This document shows, piece by piece, positions 62,766-64,000 of a stretch of 64,000 nt of DNA. Origin of the DNA: an uncultured Ignavibacteriales bacterium. GTDB taxonomy: Bacteria; Zixibacteria; MSB-5A5; GN15; FEB-12. The notes beneath the pieces were generated by a model, which saw nothing but the letters and a program-made list of their open reading frames with translations, did not search any database and had not been told where the DNA came from. Every line of letters begins with the position of its first letter. Positions within the stretch are counted from its first letter, which is position 1. The stretch covers positions 211,981-275,980 of the forward strand of contig CAYXJN010000006.1 in the NCBI GenBank assembly GCA_964464605.1, written 5' to 3'. A program made the translations under genes and the position numbers.

Positions 62766-64000
62766 ATGAACAACATTCTTGTCCTGATTGCTGTCGCATT
62801 GGGCGTCGGCGCGGCCGCCTCGGTCATCGCCTGGCAGCTCTCGCGAAAGCTGGGAAAGAAATCACTCGAAGCGTCGCAGGCTCAGGCGAAGCAAATTATC
62901 ACCGAAGCCGAAAACGAAGCGAAAATCAGAAAAAAAGAAGCGGCACTGGAAGCCAAAGAAGAAGCGCTCAGACTCAAAACCGAATTTGAACGGGATGCGG
63001 AGGGAAAACGCCGCGAGCTTGAGTCGGTCGAAAAACGGGTACGCGATGGGGAATCGAGCCTTCAGAAAAAACTCGATTTTATCGATACCAAAGAGCGAGA
63101 ACTCACCAACCGTGACCGGGTCATTCAGGGGAAAGAAAAAGGAATCGAGCTGCGTGAAAAAGAGCTCGATGAAATCATCACCCAGCAAAACGACAAGCTG
63201 CAAAAAATAGCGCAGATGACTCCCGAAGAGGCGAAACGACAGCTCATGGATAACATGATCAGCGCCGCCAAACTGGAATCTGCGGCTCATATCAAAGAGA
63301 TTCGGGAAAAAGCGGAACAGGAAGCGGAAAAAGAGGCGCGGGAAATTATTCTCTTGGCCATCTACCGCTGTGCCGCCGAATACACGGCAGAAACAACTGT
63401 CTCCGTTGTCTCGCTCCCCAGTGAAGAAATGAAAGGCCGTATTATCGGCCGTGAAGGGCGCAATATACGCTCATTCGAAACGGCTACCGGTGTCGATGTC
63501 ATTGTCGATGATACTCCGGAGGCGGTTATTCTTTCCGGTTATGATCCGGTGCGCCGTGAAGTCGCCCGTATGGCGTTAGATAAACTGATTTCTGACGGCC
63601 GTATCCATCCAACACGTATCGAAGAAGTGGTCGAGAAATCCAAAAAGGAAATGGATGGTATCGTTAAACAGGCGGGTGAACAGGCCTGTTTTGAACTCGG
63701 TATCCATGACCTGCACCCGGATATCGTGAAGACGCTCGGTAAACTGCAATATCGTACCTCATACGGCCAAAACGTTCTCGGCCACTCCAAGGAGATGGCG
63801 ATGCTGTGCGGCCTGATGGCGGCGGAGCTTGATTTGGATCCGCTGTTGGGTAAACGGTGCGGTTTGCTGCATGATATCGGTAAAGCAATCGACCGGGAAA
63901 CCGAAGGAACGCACACCCAAATCGGCGGTGACTTTATGCGCCGGTTCAAAGAAGCTGAAATTGTGGTTAATGCAGTCGAAGGGCATCATGGCGACGTGCC
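62766..64000 (+). CDS. rny: ribonuclease Y (5' partial; runs off the window end)
   Basis: My own translation from ATG 62766 gives: an N-terminal TM helix (ILVLIAVALGVGAAASVIAW), a long charged coiled coil, a KH domain (GRIIGREGRNIRSFE), and an HD domain (LLHDIGKA...EGHHGD). It is missing from the ORF track because there is no stop codon in the window. Confidence 0.9.
   Translation, partial: MNNILVLIAVALGVGAAASVIAWQLSRKLGKKSLEASQAQAKQIITEAENEAKIRKKEAALEAKEEALRLKTEFERDAEGKRRELESVEKRVRDGESSLQKKLDFIDTKERELTNRDRVIQGKEKGIELREKELDEIITQQNDKLQKIAQMTPEEAKRQLMDNMISAAKLESAAHIKEIREKAEQEAEKEAREIILLAIYRCAAEYTAETTVSVVSLPSEEMKGRIIGREGRNIRSFETATGVDVIVDDTPEAVILSGYDPVRREVARMALDKLISDGRIHPTRIEEVVEKSKKEMDGIVKQAGEQACFELGIHDLHPDIVKTLGKLQYRTSYGQNVLGHSKEMAMLCGLMAAELDLDPLLGKRCGLLHDIGKAIDRETEGTHTQIGGDFMRRFKEAEIVVNAVEGHHGDV

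Noticed and set aside
62741-63210. Two Arg/Lys/Ser-rich + strand ORFs (62741..62989 and 62788..63210).
   Set aside because: They are off-frame translations of the charged coiled-coil region of rny. The rny frame starting at ATG 62766 gives a complete TM, KH and HD architecture.
1-64000. CRISPR arrays, rRNA genes, transposases, integrases or prophage genes.
   Set aside because: I saw no regularly spaced direct repeats, no rRNA-like sequence and no recombinase-like ORFs anywhere in the window. The only RNA gene I can support is tRNA-Val.

Overview
The window comes from a flagellated, diderm bacterium (L- and P-ring genes are present). I cannot assign a lineage from sequence alone. All product calls rest on motif recognition in the supplied translations and on my own reading of the DNA; no searches were run.

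Layout:
- 1-2.3 kb: housekeeping and accessory genes (YciI-like, YhhQ-type queuosine-precursor transporter, ankyrin protein).
- 2.3-11.8 kb: a patchy accessory stretch. It holds an HhH-GPD glycosylase, a visibly AT-rich two-gene islet, a DUF948/YtxH pair, and several orphan secreted or lipoproteins.
- 11.8-14.4 kb: DUF512 radical-SAM-like gene and der.
- 14.5-16.6 kb: RsbU/RsbW/RsbV-type partner-switching module.
- 16.6-23.0 kb: chemosensory cluster (HEAT protein, three CheY-like receivers, CheR, CheZ-like, CheA).
- 23.1-25.8 kb: PAS histidine kinase plus sigma54-dependent NtrC-type regulator.
- 25.9-54.2 kb: large flagellar regulon (motAB; flgBC-fliEFGHIJ; flgFGAHI-flgJ-flgN-flgK-csrA-flgL-fliW; TPR-GT2; fliC; fliD-fliS; FlgM-like).
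- 54.2-64.0 kb: HDOD protein, tRNA-Val, thrS-infC-rpmI-rplT-pheST, ZapB-like, zapA, and the 5' part of rny.

Most interesting observations:
1. A lipoprotein-like YHS/TRASH-type protein is interrupted by a single in-frame TGA inside a C-[TGA]-x-x-C motif. A SECIS-like hairpin starts 11 nt downstream, making it a candidate selenoprotein.
2. A promoter-proximal structured element of about 100 nt is closed by a 15-bp stem and a T-tract (candidate sRNA or leader).
3. A 22-bp perfect direct repeat of the DUF512 gene's 5' end brackets a 1.36-kb single-gene cassette.
4. A triplet-periodic GGN/CCN tract encodes poly-Pro on the gene strand directly upstream of yhhQ.
5. Two textbook sigma54 promoters precede the flagellar rod operons.
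6. The flagellar locus has several atypical parts: a FlgJ rod-binding/SLT fusion, a long-tailed CsrA with FliW and a GGA hairpin in the flagellin leader, and very long FlgL, FliC and FliD with reiterated IN-type motifs next to a TPR-GT2 protein.
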